This document shows positions 29,732-39,811 of a stretch of 64,000 nucleotides of DNA, piece by piece; within the stretch, counting starts at the first letter, position 1; every line of letters starts with the position of its first letter. The notes beneath the pieces are model-generated. The model searched no databases. It saw only the letters and a program-made list of their open reading frames with translations, and had not been told where the DNA came from. Source of the stretch: an uncultured Holophagales bacterium (GTDB lineage: Bacteria; Acidobacteriota; Thermoanaerobaculia; Multivoradales; UBA5704); assembly GCA_963842525.1 (NCBI GenBank), contig CAWJGT010000006.1:128001-192000 (forward strand), given 5' to 3'. Made by a program: the position numbers and the translations under genes.

Positions 29732-30976
29732 TCAACGAACAGCGTCCCACCGCTCGCGCAGGGCGGCGGCGACGGCTTCACGAAGAGGCGGCGGCGTGTA
29801 GACGCGGTAGCGGTCGATCCGCGAGAGGTGGCGCATGAAGTGGCTGGCCTCTTCCATCGGCTCCAGCGAGCCGTCGTAGCGCTGGACCAGGACGCGGCTG
29901 CTGCGCATCCGGTGCGGGTCCTTGGCGGAGCGCGAGACCAGGAGATTGCCGGCGCCGAAGCTCCGGACCAGCTCGGGCAGAAGCGACTCGAACCGCTCCT
30001 GCTCCTCGCGCGTCAGGTGCTCCCGCGTCTCGAACGCCACCGGGAAGTGCTCGCGCTGGACGATGGCGCGGGCGTGCAGGCTCGGCGAGCGCCGCATCGC
30101 CGACCAGATGGAGACGTCGTCCTGCTCGAGGAAGGACTCCGGCTCGGCCGCCCAGCGGAGCCCCTCCTCGGTGAGCCACTGGTTGAGGTGGAGCTCCAGG
30201 GCCTTGCCCGTCACGTTGAAATAGACCTGGGTGAACATGTAGTAGCGCGCCATGACCAGCGCCTCGAGCGCGTGGACACCCCCCTCGTCGACGCCGATCC
30301 CCCAGGCGCCGGTCTCCGGGTCCGCGATCGGCAGCATGGTGTCGAGCAGGCGGTCGAGGTCGAAGCTGCCGTAGCGCACGCCGCAGTAGAGACTGTCGCG
30401 CAGCAGGTAGTCCATCTTGTCGACGTCGAGCTCGCCGGAGACGATCTTGGCGAGCAGCCGCTCCTTGGCGTTGCCACCGCCGCCGGCGAGGAGGCGCGCC
30501 ACGTCGGCGGTCGTGAGCCCCTCACCCCAGCGCGCGAAGACCTCCTCGACGTCGGGCAGGGCGAGGAGCCGCCGCGTCATCTCCTCGTGGTCGATCCCCT
30601 CCGCGAACAGCTCTTCGGCCGAGTGGCTGAACGGGGCGTGGCCGACGTCGTGGAGCAGGGCGGCGGCACGGACGAGCCGGCGCTCCCGGCTGTGAGAGCC
30701 GGAGGGGAGCAGCCCGTCGCCCTTGGCGCAGAGGGCGTCGTAGACCCGCCCGGCGAGGTGCATGGCACCGAGCACGTGGCTGAAGCGGCTGTGCTCGGCG
30801 CCGGGGAAGACCAGGAAGGTGAAGCCGAGCTGGTGGATGAAGCGCAGCCGCTGCACCGGCCGGCTCTTGACCAGCGCGGCCTCCAGGGCGTCGGCGCGGA
30901 CGAAGCCGTGGACGGGGTCGCGGAGCGACAACGCTGCGGGTGCGGCGGGTGCGGCAGGTGCGGTCGGGCTCGCCAA
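29732..30976 (-). CDS. HD-superfamily phosphohydrolase (SAMHD1/YwfO-like); start uncertain
   Basis: RDPVHG, QRLRFIHQLG, HSRFSHVLG, LLHDVGHAPFSH, DVDKMDYLLRD. Confidence 0.9.
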   Translation of the reverse strand: MASPTAPAAPAAPAALSLRDPVHGFVRADALEAALVKSRPVQRLRFIHQLGFTFLVFPGAEHSRFSHVLGAMHLAGRVYDALCAKGDGLLPSGSHSRERRLVRAAALLHDVGHAPFSHSAEELFAEGIDHEEMTRRLLALPDVEEVFARWGEGLTTADVARLLAGGGGNAKERLLAKIVSGELDVDKMDYLLRDSLYCGVRYGSFDLDRLLDTMLPIADPETGAWGIGVDEGGVHALEALVMARYYMFTQVYFNVTGKALELHLNQWLTEEGLRWAAEPESFLEQDDVSIWSAMRRSPSLHARAIVQREHFPVAFETREHLTREEQERFESLLPELVRSFGAGNLLVSRSAKDPHRMRSSRVLVQRYDGSLEPMEEASHFMRHLSRIDRYRVYTPPPLREAVAAALRERWDAVR

Positions 30977-30993
30977 GGTCTCGGGCAGCTCTC

Positions 30994-31686
30994 TCAGTTC
31001 AGCTCGGAACGTTGCGCCAGGTGCCGGAACGGCCGCAGCAGGTCCACCACCTGCGTGCGGTAGCGCAGGATCGACAGCACCGAAAGGCCGCGGTCGGGCA
31101 GCGATTCGGTCAGGAGCTGGAGCTTGCGCAGCACCGGGATGTCGAGCTCGGACGCCAGGCGGTTGACCAGCTCCTCGAAAGGCGGCGTTTCCTCGCCGAG
31201 CTCCTCGACCCTGTCAGGCCCGAGAGGGAAGCTCTCGCCGAGCTCGGACGACAGCGACCGGACCTGCTCGACGATGGCCCGGCGGACGCCGACGATGCCG
31301 GCGTCCTGCTCGTTGAGCCAGGGCTCTTCGATGGGCCGCACCAGGGCCTGCCGGTAGGGCTCGTCGCCCACCTCGCGCTCGAGCTGGAAGCGAAAGTCGC
31401 CATAGAGGAGGACGTTGGCCTTGCCGTCCGGCAGGAGATCGACGTCGACGACCCGGCCGGCGGTGCCGCCGGGGAAGACAGGCGGCCGCCCCTCGTATTC
31501 CTGGACCCAGCCGGGCTTCAGCAGGACCACCCCGATCCACAGCGCCTCCTGCTCCTCTTCGCGCGCCACGAGGTCCTGGACCAGGCGGAGGTAGCGCGGC
31601 TCGGAGACCTGCAGGCGGAGCTCGGTGCGGGGAAAGTGCACCACGTCCGCCAGCGGGAACAGCGGGATGCGGGTCTCGCTCGCCAT
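30994..31686 (-). CDS. LON peptidase substrate-binding domain protein
   Basis: IPLFPL, VHFPRTELRLQVSEPRY, LPDGKAN...RF. Confidence 0.85.
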   Translation of the reverse strand: MASETRIPLFPLADVVHFPRTELRLQVSEPRYLRLVQDLVAREEEQEALWIGVVLLKPGWVQEYEGRPPVFPGGTAGRVVDVDLLPDGKANVLLYGDFRFQLEREVGDEPYRQALVRPIEEPWLNEQDAGIVGVRRAIVEQVRSLSSELGESFPLGPDRVEELGEETPPFEELVNRLASELDIPVLRKLQLLTESLPDRGLSVLSILRYRTQVVDLLRPFRHLAQRSELN

Positions 31687-31705
31687 GGAGAAAAGGATAC
31701 CGCAA

Positions 31706-31980
31706 CCTCACCCCCTGTCCCCCTCTCCCATCGCCCTCCCACCGGCCGGGAGAGGGGGGACGTCGTTGAGGCGATCTGCGCGAGGTCGCAGCTGCCCTGC
31801 CATGTCATCCTGAGCGCAGCGAAGGATCTGGGGGTGGGAAGCTCCGTCCGCCCAGATTCTTCGCTGCGCTCAGAATGACTTCGATGGGCGTCAAGCCTCG
31901 ACCTCGCCTTTCAGCCCCAGCCACGTCCCCCCTCTCCCGGCCGGTGGGAGGGCGATGGGAGAGGGGGACAGGGGGTGAGG
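31706..31980. mobile_element. ~275-bp composite palindromic REP/MITE-like element, copy 1
   Basis: Terminal inverted repeats CCTCACCCCCTGTCCCCCTCTCCC...; inner GTCATCCTGAGCGCAGCGAAGGATCT hairpin; inverted copy at 45939-46214. Confidence 0.8.
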
Positions 31981-32001
31981 CCCCTATGTCACAATCCCCC
32001 C

Positions 32002-32871
32002 ATGCGCCGCACCGCCCGCCTGCCCGTCTCCCTCCTCATCCTCATTTCCTTAGGCCCACCCCTGGCCGCGCAGCAGGACCCCATCGCCCAGGGAGATGCC
32101 TGGTGGGCGCGCCGCGCCGAGGGGCACAAGGGCCAGCAGGCGGCGGCCGGCCCGATCGACCAGGCCATCGCCGCCTACGAACGGGCCGTGCGGGAGAAGC
32201 CCGACCGGCTGGAGGGCTCCTGGAAGCTGCTGCGCGCCCTCCACTACAAGGGGGATTACGTCGTCCGCTCGAAAGAGGACAAACAGAAGGCCTTCGGCCG
32301 TGGCCGGGAGGTCGTCGAGGCCGCCCTCGACCAGATGGGCCGCCGCGTCGGCGGGCGGAAGAAGCTGGACGACCTGCCCACGGCGGAGGCCGCCAAGCTG
32401 GTCAAGGGCATTCCGGAGGCGCCCTACATCTACGCCTGGGGCGGCATCCACTGGGGGCTCTGGGGCGAGGCCTACGGCAAGATGGCCGCCGCCCGGCAGG
32501 GAGTCGGCGACAAGATCCGGCGCTACGGCGAAATCGCCCTCGCCCTCGACGAGCGGTTCGAACGCGCCGCCGCCCACCGCCTCCTGGGGAGGCTCCACAG
32601 CGAGGCCCCCAAGATTCCGTTCATCACCGGCTGGGTCGATCGTGACAAAGCGATCTCCCACCTCCGCCGGGCCGTGGCCCTGGGGCCCGAGGACTTGCAC
32701 AACCATCTCTACCTGGCCGACGCCCTCCTCCAGTACCAGCCGGAGAAGGCGGCCGCAGCCAAGGGGATCCTCCGCAGCCTGGTTCAGAAGTCGCCGGACC
32801 CCTCCCGCGTCGTCGAGGAGGAGCGGGTCCTGGCCAACGCGAGAGAGCTCCTGGCCCGGTCGCAAGGGTGA
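32002..32871 (+). CDS. Secreted TPR-like helical protein
   Basis: Signal peptide; helical repeats AIAAYERAV, AISHLRRAVALGP...YLADALL. Confidence 0.75.
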   Translation: MRRTARLPVSLLILISLGPPLAAQQDPIAQGDAWWARRAEGHKGQQAAAGPIDQAIAAYERAVREKPDRLEGSWKLLRALHYKGDYVVRSKEDKQKAFGRGREVVEAALDQMGRRVGGRKKLDDLPTAEAAKLVKGIPEAPYIYAWGGIHWGLWGEAYGKMAAARQGVGDKIRRYGEIALALDERFERAAAHRLLGRLHSEAPKIPFITGWVDRDKAISHLRRAVALGPEDLHNHLYLADALLQYQPEKAAAAKGILRSLVQKSPDPSRVVEEERVLANARELLARSQG

Positions 32872-32940
32872 GCCGCGCCGAGGTCAGCCGCGCCCCGCTG
32901 GTGGCGGCAGCCGCTGCCGGCTCCCTGGTCATCTTGAAGG

Positions 32941-33270
32941 CTATTCGGAATCCTCCTCCTCCTCGCCCTCGTCCTCTTCTTCTCCCCGCGGCCAGGTGTT
33001 GAACACGAGGACCTCGCCCTCGACGAGCGCCTGCTCGTAGAACTGACGGTCCTCGTCATCCGCGCCGTAGTCCGCACTGGAGACGACCGCCCCTTCTTCG
33101 AGTCCTTCCACGGACCATCCATAGTTGTGGATCAGGTCCGTGGCGCGTTGCTCCGCGTCGGCCCGGTCCTGGCTCTGGATCCAGCAGCTCACGTAGGCAC
33201 CCCCGGCATCCTGGAATTCCTTCGCGTCCGGGGTGGGGACCGCGAGGAAGGTCAAGAAGAACATGGTCAT
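32941..33270 (-). CDS. Small acidic hypothetical protein
   Basis: 109-aa ORF with coding-like codon usage; GGAYVSCWI...FYEQAL...FNTWP; acidic tail. Confidence 0.65.
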   Translation of the reverse strand: MTMFFLTFLAVPTPDAKEFQDAGGAYVSCWIQSQDRADAEQRATDLIHNYGWSVEGLEEGAVVSSADYGADDEDRQFYEQALVEGEVLVFNTWPRGEEEDEGEEEEDSE

Positions 33271-33430
33271 GGTGGCCTGATCCTATGTCATAGAACCGGG
33301 TCATCTCGCCGGCTGAGCCGGGATCGATCCAGATGACTCCGGATGCTTATCGGATGACGTTGGATCGACCGCGACCCACGTCCGTGGTTCGCCGCCGTTC
33401 CGCTCCGGGGGTATACTGTCCTGTCGAGGC

Positions 33431-34895
33431 ATGCCCACACCAAAAGACCGTCAGGTCGAGCTTCGGGACGAGGACCAGCCCCTGGACCTCGACCGTCTGC
33501 GTGCCTTTCTGGGCCGCCAGGAACGGGACTTTCTGGCCGGTGTCCTGTTCGAGCAGGCGGTCAACGACGACCGGCTGCGCCAGCGGCTGGCTCTGGAGAT
33601 GGCGCGGGAGGGCGGCGGGACGGGGCGTCCGGACCTTCCCGCCCTCCGTCGCAGCCTGGAGGAGGCTTTCCGGCCCGGCGACGACGTCGTCGCTTCGTGG
33701 CGGGAGGTCCCCGGCTTCGCCCGCCGGCTCGGCGATGCGGTCGGCGTGCTGTGGAATCTCCTGCAGGGCGGTCATGCCCAGGCCACGCTCGACCTCGTCG
33801 AGCATGCGCTCGCCCTCGGGGAGGAGGCTCTCTTCGAAGTCGACGACTCCCATGGCGATGTGGGCATGGTCCTCCGGGACCTCCGGGAGCTCCACCTCGC
33901 GGCCTGCGAGCAGGTGCGTCCCGAGCCCGACGAGCTGGCGCGGCGGCTCTTCGCCTGGGAGGTGCGGGCGGCGCTGAGCACGTTCTCCGGCGCGGTCGAG
34001 AGCTATGCCGAGGTGCTCGGGCCGCGGGGGCTCGCGGTCTACCGGGATCTGGCCGAGGCGGCGGAACGGGAGGGCTCGGAGGACCGCTTCCGGATCGAGA
34101 GCGTCCTCGAAGGGCTCGCCCGGGTGGCGGGCGACCTCGAAGCGGTCGTGGCGCTCAAGGCGCGCAATCTGTCCAGTGCCTGGCGTTTTCTGGAGATCGC
34201 GCGGCTCTACAAGCAGGCCGGGCAGGACGACCGCGCGCTCGACTGGGCGGAGAGAGGGGTGCGCGCCTTTCCGGAGGGGACCGACTCCCGATTGCGCCTC
34301 TTCCTGGCCCAGGAGTACGAGGGCCGGGGGCGGTTCGACGAGGCGCTGGCGCTCCTCTGGGCGGATTTCTCGGAGTCGCCGTCGCTCGACTGTTACAGGA
34401 GCCTGGTGTCTCTCGCCGGACGGATCGGCCGCGGACGGGAATGCCGGGACGCGGCGCTGGGCCTGTTGCGACACCGGGCCTTCGCCGAGGCGGCGCCGCG
34501 CGGGGAGAGCCGCCTCTTCCTCGTCAGCCCGTCGTCCGAGCTCGTCCGCATCCTCCTCGGCGACGGTGACGTGGAAGGGGCCTGGAGGGCCGCCCGCGAG
34601 CTCGGGTGCTCGGAGGACCTCTGGCTGGAGCTCGCCCGGCGCCGTGAAGGGACGCATCCCGAGGAGTCGCTGCCGATCTATCGCGAAGCGGTCGAGGTGG
34701 CCGTCCTCCAGGGCAATGAGCACGGCTACCGGCGGGCCGTGGAGCTCCTCGGCCGGGTGCGCCATGTGATGCGGCGTCTGGACCGCGCCGAGGAAGCTCG
34801 CCGCCTATCTGACCGCCGTGCGGCTCGCCCACAAGCGGAAACCCAAGTTCGTCCGGCTGCTCGACGCGGCGCGGCTGGGGCCGGCCGAAGCCTGA
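33431..34895 (+). CDS. DUF6880-like helical protein (SWIM-associated family, SWIM domain absent; frameshift near 34800)
   Basis: VDDSHGDVG, LHLAACE...PEPDELARRLF, ALDWAERG; C-terminal HKRKPKFVRLLD in the shifted frame. Confidence 0.7.
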
Positions 34896-34909
34896 CGTCA
34901 CGGCTGACC

Positions 34910-35686
34910 TCATCCTTCCGGCGTCACATAGGCGGCCGTGATCCCTCCATCGACCAGGAAGGTGGCTCCGGTGGTGAAGGAGGACTCGTCGGAGGCGAGG
35001 AAGAGGGCGGCCTTGGCGATCTCGTGCGCCTCGCCGAAGCGCCCCATCGGGATGTGGACCAGACGCCGCTGGCGTTTTTCCTCGGTGTCCAGGTATTTCA
35101 TCAGCAGCTCGGTGTGCAGCGGCCCGGGGCAGAGGGCGTTGACCCGGATGCCCTCGCGGGCATGGATTACCGCGAGCTCGCGGGTCAGCGCGAGGACGCC
35201 TCCCTTGCTGGCCGTATAGGCGAGCTGCGGCGTGGCCGCGCCGAGCAGGGCCACGAACGAGGCCGTATTGATCATCGAGCCGCCGCCCGCCCGCCGCAGG
35301 GCCGGGATGCCGTGCTTGCAGCCCAGGAACACCCCCTTGAGGTTGATGTTCATGGTCAGGTCCCAAACCTCTTCGTCGGTGGCGACCGCGTCGTCGTCCT
35401 CGGGGTGGGAGATGCCGGCGTTGTTGAACAGCACGTCCAGCCGGCCGAAGCTCGTCTCGGCGGCGCGGACCATCTGCTCGGCCTCGGCCGACTTCGAGAC
35501 GTCGGCATGGACGTAGATCGCCTCGCCGCCCGCCTGCCGGATCTCCGCGGCGGCCGCATCCCCGGCCGTGTCGTTGACGTCCACGACGACCACCCGGGCA
35601 CCCTCGCGGGCGAAGAGCAGGGCGGACTCGCGGCCGATCCCCGAGCCGGCGCCGGTGATGAGGGCGACCTTCTCAGCTAGACGCAT
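34910..35686 (-). CDS. Short-chain dehydrogenase/reductase
   Basis: TGAGSGIG, NNAG, YTASKGG, VNALCPG. Confidence 0.92.
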   Translation of the reverse strand: MRLAEKVALITGAGSGIGRESALLFAREGARVVVVDVNDTAGDAAAAEIRQAGGEAIYVHADVSKSAEAEQMVRAAETSFGRLDVLFNNAGISHPEDDDAVATDEEVWDLTMNINLKGVFLGCKHGIPALRRAGGGSMINTASFVALLGAATPQLAYTASKGGVLALTRELAVIHAREGIRVNALCPGPLHTELLMKYLDTEEKRQRRLVHIPMGRFGEAHEIAKAALFLASDESSFTTGATFLVDGGITAAYVTPEG

Positions 35687-35703
35687 GGGTGACCTCCGTA
35701 GGC

Positions 35704-35839
35704 CCCTCACCCCCGGCCCCTCTCCCATCCGCACTCCCGATCCACCGGGAGAGGGGAGCAAAGAATCTCACAGGCCTCTTTCCCCCCTCTCCCGGGGGTA
35801 GGGAGTGCGGATGGGAGAGGGGGGCCAGGGGGGTGAGGG
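35704..35839. repeat. REP doublet (CCCTCACCCCC...CCCCTCTCCC family)
   Basis: Two inverted hairpin units between the GS and SDR genes. Confidence 0.75.
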
Positions 35840-35847
35840 ACTTTCTT

Positions 35848-37233
35848 CTACGCCCTTTCAAAATACCGCGCCCGTTCCCAGCAGGTCACCACCTCGTCGA
35901 ACTTCCGCTGCTCGGTGCGCAGGAAGTGGAGGTAGTGCTCGAACACGTCCTCGCCGAAGGCCTCGCGCGCCATATCACTGCGCTCGAATTCCTCGATCGC
36001 CTCGCGCAGGGTGCCGGGGACGCGCGGCAGCTCGCGGGCGGCATAGAGGTCGCCCTGGAAGACCTCCGGCGGCTCGATCCGTTTCTCGATGCCGTCGAGG
36101 CCGGCGGCGAGGGCGGCGGCGTAGGCGATGTAGGGGTTGGCGTCCGCGCCCGGGAGGCGGCACTCGATACGCAGCGACGGGCCGCGGCCGACCACCCGGA
36201 AGCCGGCGGTCCGGTTGTCGTAGCTCCAGGCGATCGCGGTCGGCGCCCAGGAGCGCGCCTGGTAGCGTTTGTAGGAGGCCACATACGGGGCGTAGCAGGC
36301 GGCCAGGGCGCGGGCGTGCCGCATCCAGCCGCCGAGGAACCAGCGGAACGTGTCGCTCGCCTGCACCGGCCCCGTCTCCTTTTCGCCGGGGAAGAGGGCG
36401 CGGCCGTCCTCGTCCCACAGGGAGAGGTGGATGTGGGCGCTCGAGCCGGTGTGCTTCTCGTCCCATTTGGCCATGAAGGTGACCGACTTGCCCTGCGACC
36501 AGGCGATCTCCTTGGCGGCGTGCTTGTAGATCACGTTGCGGTCGGCCTGGGTGAGCGCCTCGCTGTAGCGGAGGTTGATCTCCTGCTGCCCCAGCCCGGC
36601 CTCCCCCTTGCTGAGCTCGACCGGCACGCCGCTCTGGTCGAGGCCGCGCCGGATCGCGCCGACGAGATCCTCCTCCTTGGTCCCCTGGAGGATGTGGTAG
36701 TCCTCGTTGTACGTCCCCAGGGGCCGCAGGTCGTGGTAGCTCTTCGCCCGCGCCTCGGCGAAGCTGTCGGCGAAGACGTAGAGCTCGATCTCGGTGCCGC
36801 CCAGCACCGTGAAGCCGGCCTCGCGGGCCCGCGCGAGCTGGCGCTGCAGCATCCGGCGCGGCGCGACCTCGACCGGTTTTTCGTGGTGGTCGAGGAGGTC
36901 GCAGAGCACCAGCGCGGTCTTGGGCAGCCAGGCGGCGCGGCGCAGGGTCGTGGGATCGGGGACGCAGTGGAAGTCGCCGTAGCCCGTCTCCCAGCTCGTG
37001 TACCTGTAGCCGGGGATGACGTCCATCTCCATGTCGCAGGCCAGCAGGTAGTCGCAGGCATGCGTGCCGCCGTCGGCCACCTCCTCCAGGAAGTAGTGGC
37101 CGGTGATCCGCTTGCCCATCAGCCGGCCGTACATGTCGGGGAAGACCGTCAGCACCGTCTCGATCTCGCCGCGCTCGACGAGGTCGACCAGCTCTCGGCG
37201 GCTCAGCAGGCCGCGCACCGGCTTGTGGGTCAT
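35848..37233 (-). CDS. Glutamine synthetase family protein (gamma-glutamyl-amine ligase, PuuA/GlnA3-like)
   Basis: GRLMGKR, EIELY, GQQEIN, TFMAK, GSSAHIHLS, SYKRY, DNRT, RIECRLPGADANPY. Confidence 0.92.
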   Translation of the reverse strand: MTHKPVRGLLSRRELVDLVERGEIETVLTVFPDMYGRLMGKRITGHYFLEEVADGGTHACDYLLACDMEMDVIPGYRYTSWETGYGDFHCVPDPTTLRRAAWLPKTALVLCDLLDHHEKPVEVAPRRMLQRQLARAREAGFTVLGGTEIELYVFADSFAEARAKSYHDLRPLGTYNEDYHILQGTKEEDLVGAIRRGLDQSGVPVELSKGEAGLGQQEINLRYSEALTQADRNVIYKHAAKEIAWSQGKSVTFMAKWDEKHTGSSAHIHLSLWDEDGRALFPGEKETGPVQASDTFRWFLGGWMRHARALAACYAPYVASYKRYQARSWAPTAIAWSYDNRTAGFRVVGRGPSLRIECRLPGADANPYIAYAAALAAGLDGIEKRIEPPEVFQGDLYAARELPRVPGTLREAIEEFERSDMAREAFGEDVFEHYLHFLRTEQRKFDEVVTCWERARYFERA

Positions 37234-37248
37234 CTCAGCACCTCGTGG

Positions 37249-37679
37249 CTACTCCTGAAGACTCTCCCGAGAAATGTGCGGCAGTTGTCCACGAATATAG
37301 TCGATGCAACCAACAAGCCAGGAAAAGAGTCCGTCTTCCCGAAAGCGGGCACCGGTGCGAGCCTCCCTCTTCCAGATGCCATCTAGTAGCCATCGCATAA
37401 TGAAATCTCGGCACGAAGCGGAAAGAGAGCGCCAGCCAATAGGTGTTGAGTAGCCTCGAAATACAGGGCCGGATAGTCCTGTCGAGCGCGGGCCGAAGAG
37501 CCTCTCTGAGTGCTCAGCAGCAGAAACTCCCGCTCGCCTCGCGCATGGGGGATCTCCTTGAAGCCGATCTTGCCTGCGCGCTCGAGCCGTCTGCCCACCG
37601 CCTTCATGCACTTCTTCACCAGGGAGGCCGGGTCTTCACAGACCAACGGCTCCGGCGAAGAGGAACTCTTGCGGGCCAT
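37249..37679 (-). pseudogene. Degraded hypothetical gene (lower GC, frameshifted or deleted)
   Basis: MARKSSSSPEPLVCED... and, in another frame, a C-terminus WLVGCIDYIRGQL. Confidence 0.35.
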
Positions 37680-37745
37680 CGGAATCAGAAGTCTCCCTGA
37701 GCAATCCCGTAGGCCGCTTCCACGGCTTGCTCCAGACGGTTCTTT

Positions 37746-38054
37746 TCAGATTGTGTAAGGCCGTGGAGAGAGCGCCGTTGCATAGGTGTAGCGATCGACC
37801 CGGCCCGGCCGTTGGTCCCAGGGTTGGACTACAACCGAGTCTCCGGTGAGGGTTACATAGTGTCCCACATTGGACGACCACGCCACGCTGCGCGCATCTC
37901 GCGGATCCGGGTCAGCCCCGCTCAGGTCGAGGCAGAAGCTGCCGCGTACCCCATTGAGCAGCACGAACCGAGGCCCCCCCTCGAAATCGTGATGGAGAGG
38001 GACGGGGAACAACCCGAGGCCTCGGCGCCAAGTCTCTATTTCGTCAATCTTCAT
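37746..38054 (-). pseudogene. N-terminal fragment of a large protein; resembles N-termini recalled from N-6 DNA methylase-annotated proteins
   Basis: GAGG RBS; MKIDEIETWRRGLGLFPVPL...FVLLNG...FCLDL...AWSSNVGHYV; family assignment is from recall and unverified. Confidence 0.35.
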
Positions 38055-38127
38055 CGCACACCTCTTCCGATGGCATCGAGACTGCGCAAAATTCTTCGCG
38101 ACGAGCGACAGCACTCGCAAGTAAGTG

Positions 38128-38388
38128 TTCGCCCCCTGGTCGACCGCGCGCCGCACGAAGCCGTCCACCCGGTCGCGGTGGGCCATCGAGATCAGCGGGC
38201 CCATCTCGGTTGCCTCGTCCAGTGGATCGCCGATCCAAATCGCCCGGGTGCAGGGCGCAGACGCCGACCGGCTCGCGGAAGGTGAGGCCGATGCCGGGCG
38301 GTCGCCGGGCACCGGACCGGGGCCTCCGTCCCGGCCGCAGCCGGAACGCGCCGTCCATCGATCCACAGCCCCTCGTCCACTGCGCCAT
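38128..38388 (-). pseudogene. Aldehyde dehydrogenase remnant made of three non-contiguous segments
   Basis: LWIDGRRV...CPAT | GLTFREPVGVCAL | IGDPLDEATEMGPLIS...RDRVDGFVRRAVDQGA. Confidence 0.8.
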
Positions 38389-38408
38389 CCTATCGATGCG
38401 GCGGAGAT

Positions 38409-38516
38409 AAAAAAACCCCGCGCCACGGAGGGAGCGGCACGGGGGGAGGAGAGGGAGCTGAAGGAGATTCGGAGTATGGCCTCCGGGACAGGCTCAACTC
38501 CCGAGACCCGTCCACA
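38409..38516 (-). ncRNA. Candidate sRNA or attenuator leader
   Basis: Two hairpins, a CU-rich single-stranded tract and a terminator hairpin plus T7; ECF-like GGAAT-N17-CGGTTATA upstream. Confidence 0.5.
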
Positions 38517-38613
38517 CCTTCTATAACCGGAGGCGGCTCCCGCGCGATTCCCGCCCCTCTCGTCCTGTGAGTCCCTCCGAAGCGGTCAAGGTTCTCCGTT
38601 AGAATCCCCGCCC

Positions 38614-39594
38614 ATGCGGATCTTCCTGACCGGCGGGACCGGCTACATCGGGCGGGTCCTGGCGCGGCGGCTGGCCGGGGAGGGCCACGAGGTGCGCGCC
38701 CTGGTGCGGGCCACCAGCGCCCCTGAAAACACCCAGCCGCTCCAGGAGCTGGGGATCGCCACCTTCATCGGCGACATTCAGGACCGCGCCTCCATGCGGG
38801 AGGCCATGTCCGGCGCCGACTGGGTGATCCATGCGGCAGCGGAGCTCGACCCGCGGGCCTCCCTGGAGCGGATGCGGGAGACCAACGTCCAGGGGACCGA
38901 GAATGTCACCTCCCTGGCCTACAAGCTGGGCATCGGGCGGCTCCTCTCCGTCTCCTCGATCGCCTACTTTGGGGGGAGCCCCGCCGACGGCTCGCCGGCC
39001 GACGAGACCGCACCGCCCCTCCAGCCTTTTCCGTCCCCCTACAGCGCCACCAAGCACGCCGCCGAGCGGGCCGTCCAGGAGTGGGCGAAACGGGGGCTGC
39101 GGGTCAATACTGTCTATCCCGGCCTGGTCTACGGCCCGCCGGGCAAGAAGGAGGGGGCGAACTACCTCCTGCGGCAGATCGTCAAGGGCCGCTTCCCCGC
39201 CCTGGTCGGGGCGGACCGCAAGTCCTCCTGGGTCTTCCTCGACGACGTCGTGGACGCCGTCGTCCGCGTGATGGAGAAGGCGCCGCCCGGCCGCGGCTAC
39301 ATCCTGGCCGGCGAGGTGGCGACCTTGCGCGACCTGGTCCAGCGCCTCTGCGCCCTGGCCGGAACCCGGCCGCCGCGCCTGAGCCTGCCGGTGGGCCCGG
39401 CGCGGGCTATCCTCGCCGCCGCGACCCCGTTCTACAGGATGTGGGGCCTGCGCTCCCCGATCGCCCCGGACCAGCTCAACAACCTGGAGCGCCACTGGGC
39501 CTTCGACGACTCCCGGGCCCGCAGCGAGCTGGGGTGGACGCCGCGCGGTCTGGACGAGGGGCTGGCGGCGACGGTGGGGATGCTCGCGGAGTGA
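38614..39594 (+). CDS. NAD-dependent epimerase/dehydratase (HpnA-like)
   Basis: TGGTGYIG, YSATK, PGLVYGP. Confidence 0.9.
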   Translation: MRIFLTGGTGYIGRVLARRLAGEGHEVRALVRATSAPENTQPLQELGIATFIGDIQDRASMREAMSGADWVIHAAAELDPRASLERMRETNVQGTENVTSLAYKLGIGRLLSVSSIAYFGGSPADGSPADETAPPLQPFPSPYSATKHAAERAVQEWAKRGLRVNTVYPGLVYGPPGKKEGANYLLRQIVKGRFPALVGADRKSSWVFLDDVVDAVVRVMEKAPPGRGYILAGEVATLRDLVQRLCALAGTRPPRLSLPVGPARAILAAATPFYRMWGLRSPIAPDQLNNLERHWAFDDSRARSELGWTPRGLDEGLAATVGMLAE

Positions 39595-39598
39595 CTCA

Positions 39599-39811
39599 GA
39601 GGGTGTCTGGAAATTCCTGCGCGAGCCCTGGCCCCTCACCCCCGGCCCCTCTCCCACCCGCACTCCCTTCCCCCGGGAGAGGGGAGAAAAGCATGATCAA
39701 GAAGCTCCTGGGCGGGGGCTCCCCTCTCCCGGGCGGGTGTGAGTGCGGATGGGAGAGGGGCCGGGGGTGAGGGGCCAGGGCGACGCCCCCAGCAGAGTTT
39801 CCAAACACCCT
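39599..39811. repeat. REP doublet with an additional ~20-bp outer inverted repeat
   Basis: AGGGTGTCTGGAAATTC.../...GTTTCCAAACACCCT flanking CCCTGGCCCCTCACC...GGTGAGGGGCCAGGG. Confidence 0.7.

Noticed and set aside
34800-35680. C-terminal extension of the 749-aa ORF at 33431
   Set aside because: Read-through caused by a frameshift near 34800; it runs antisense over the SDR gene.
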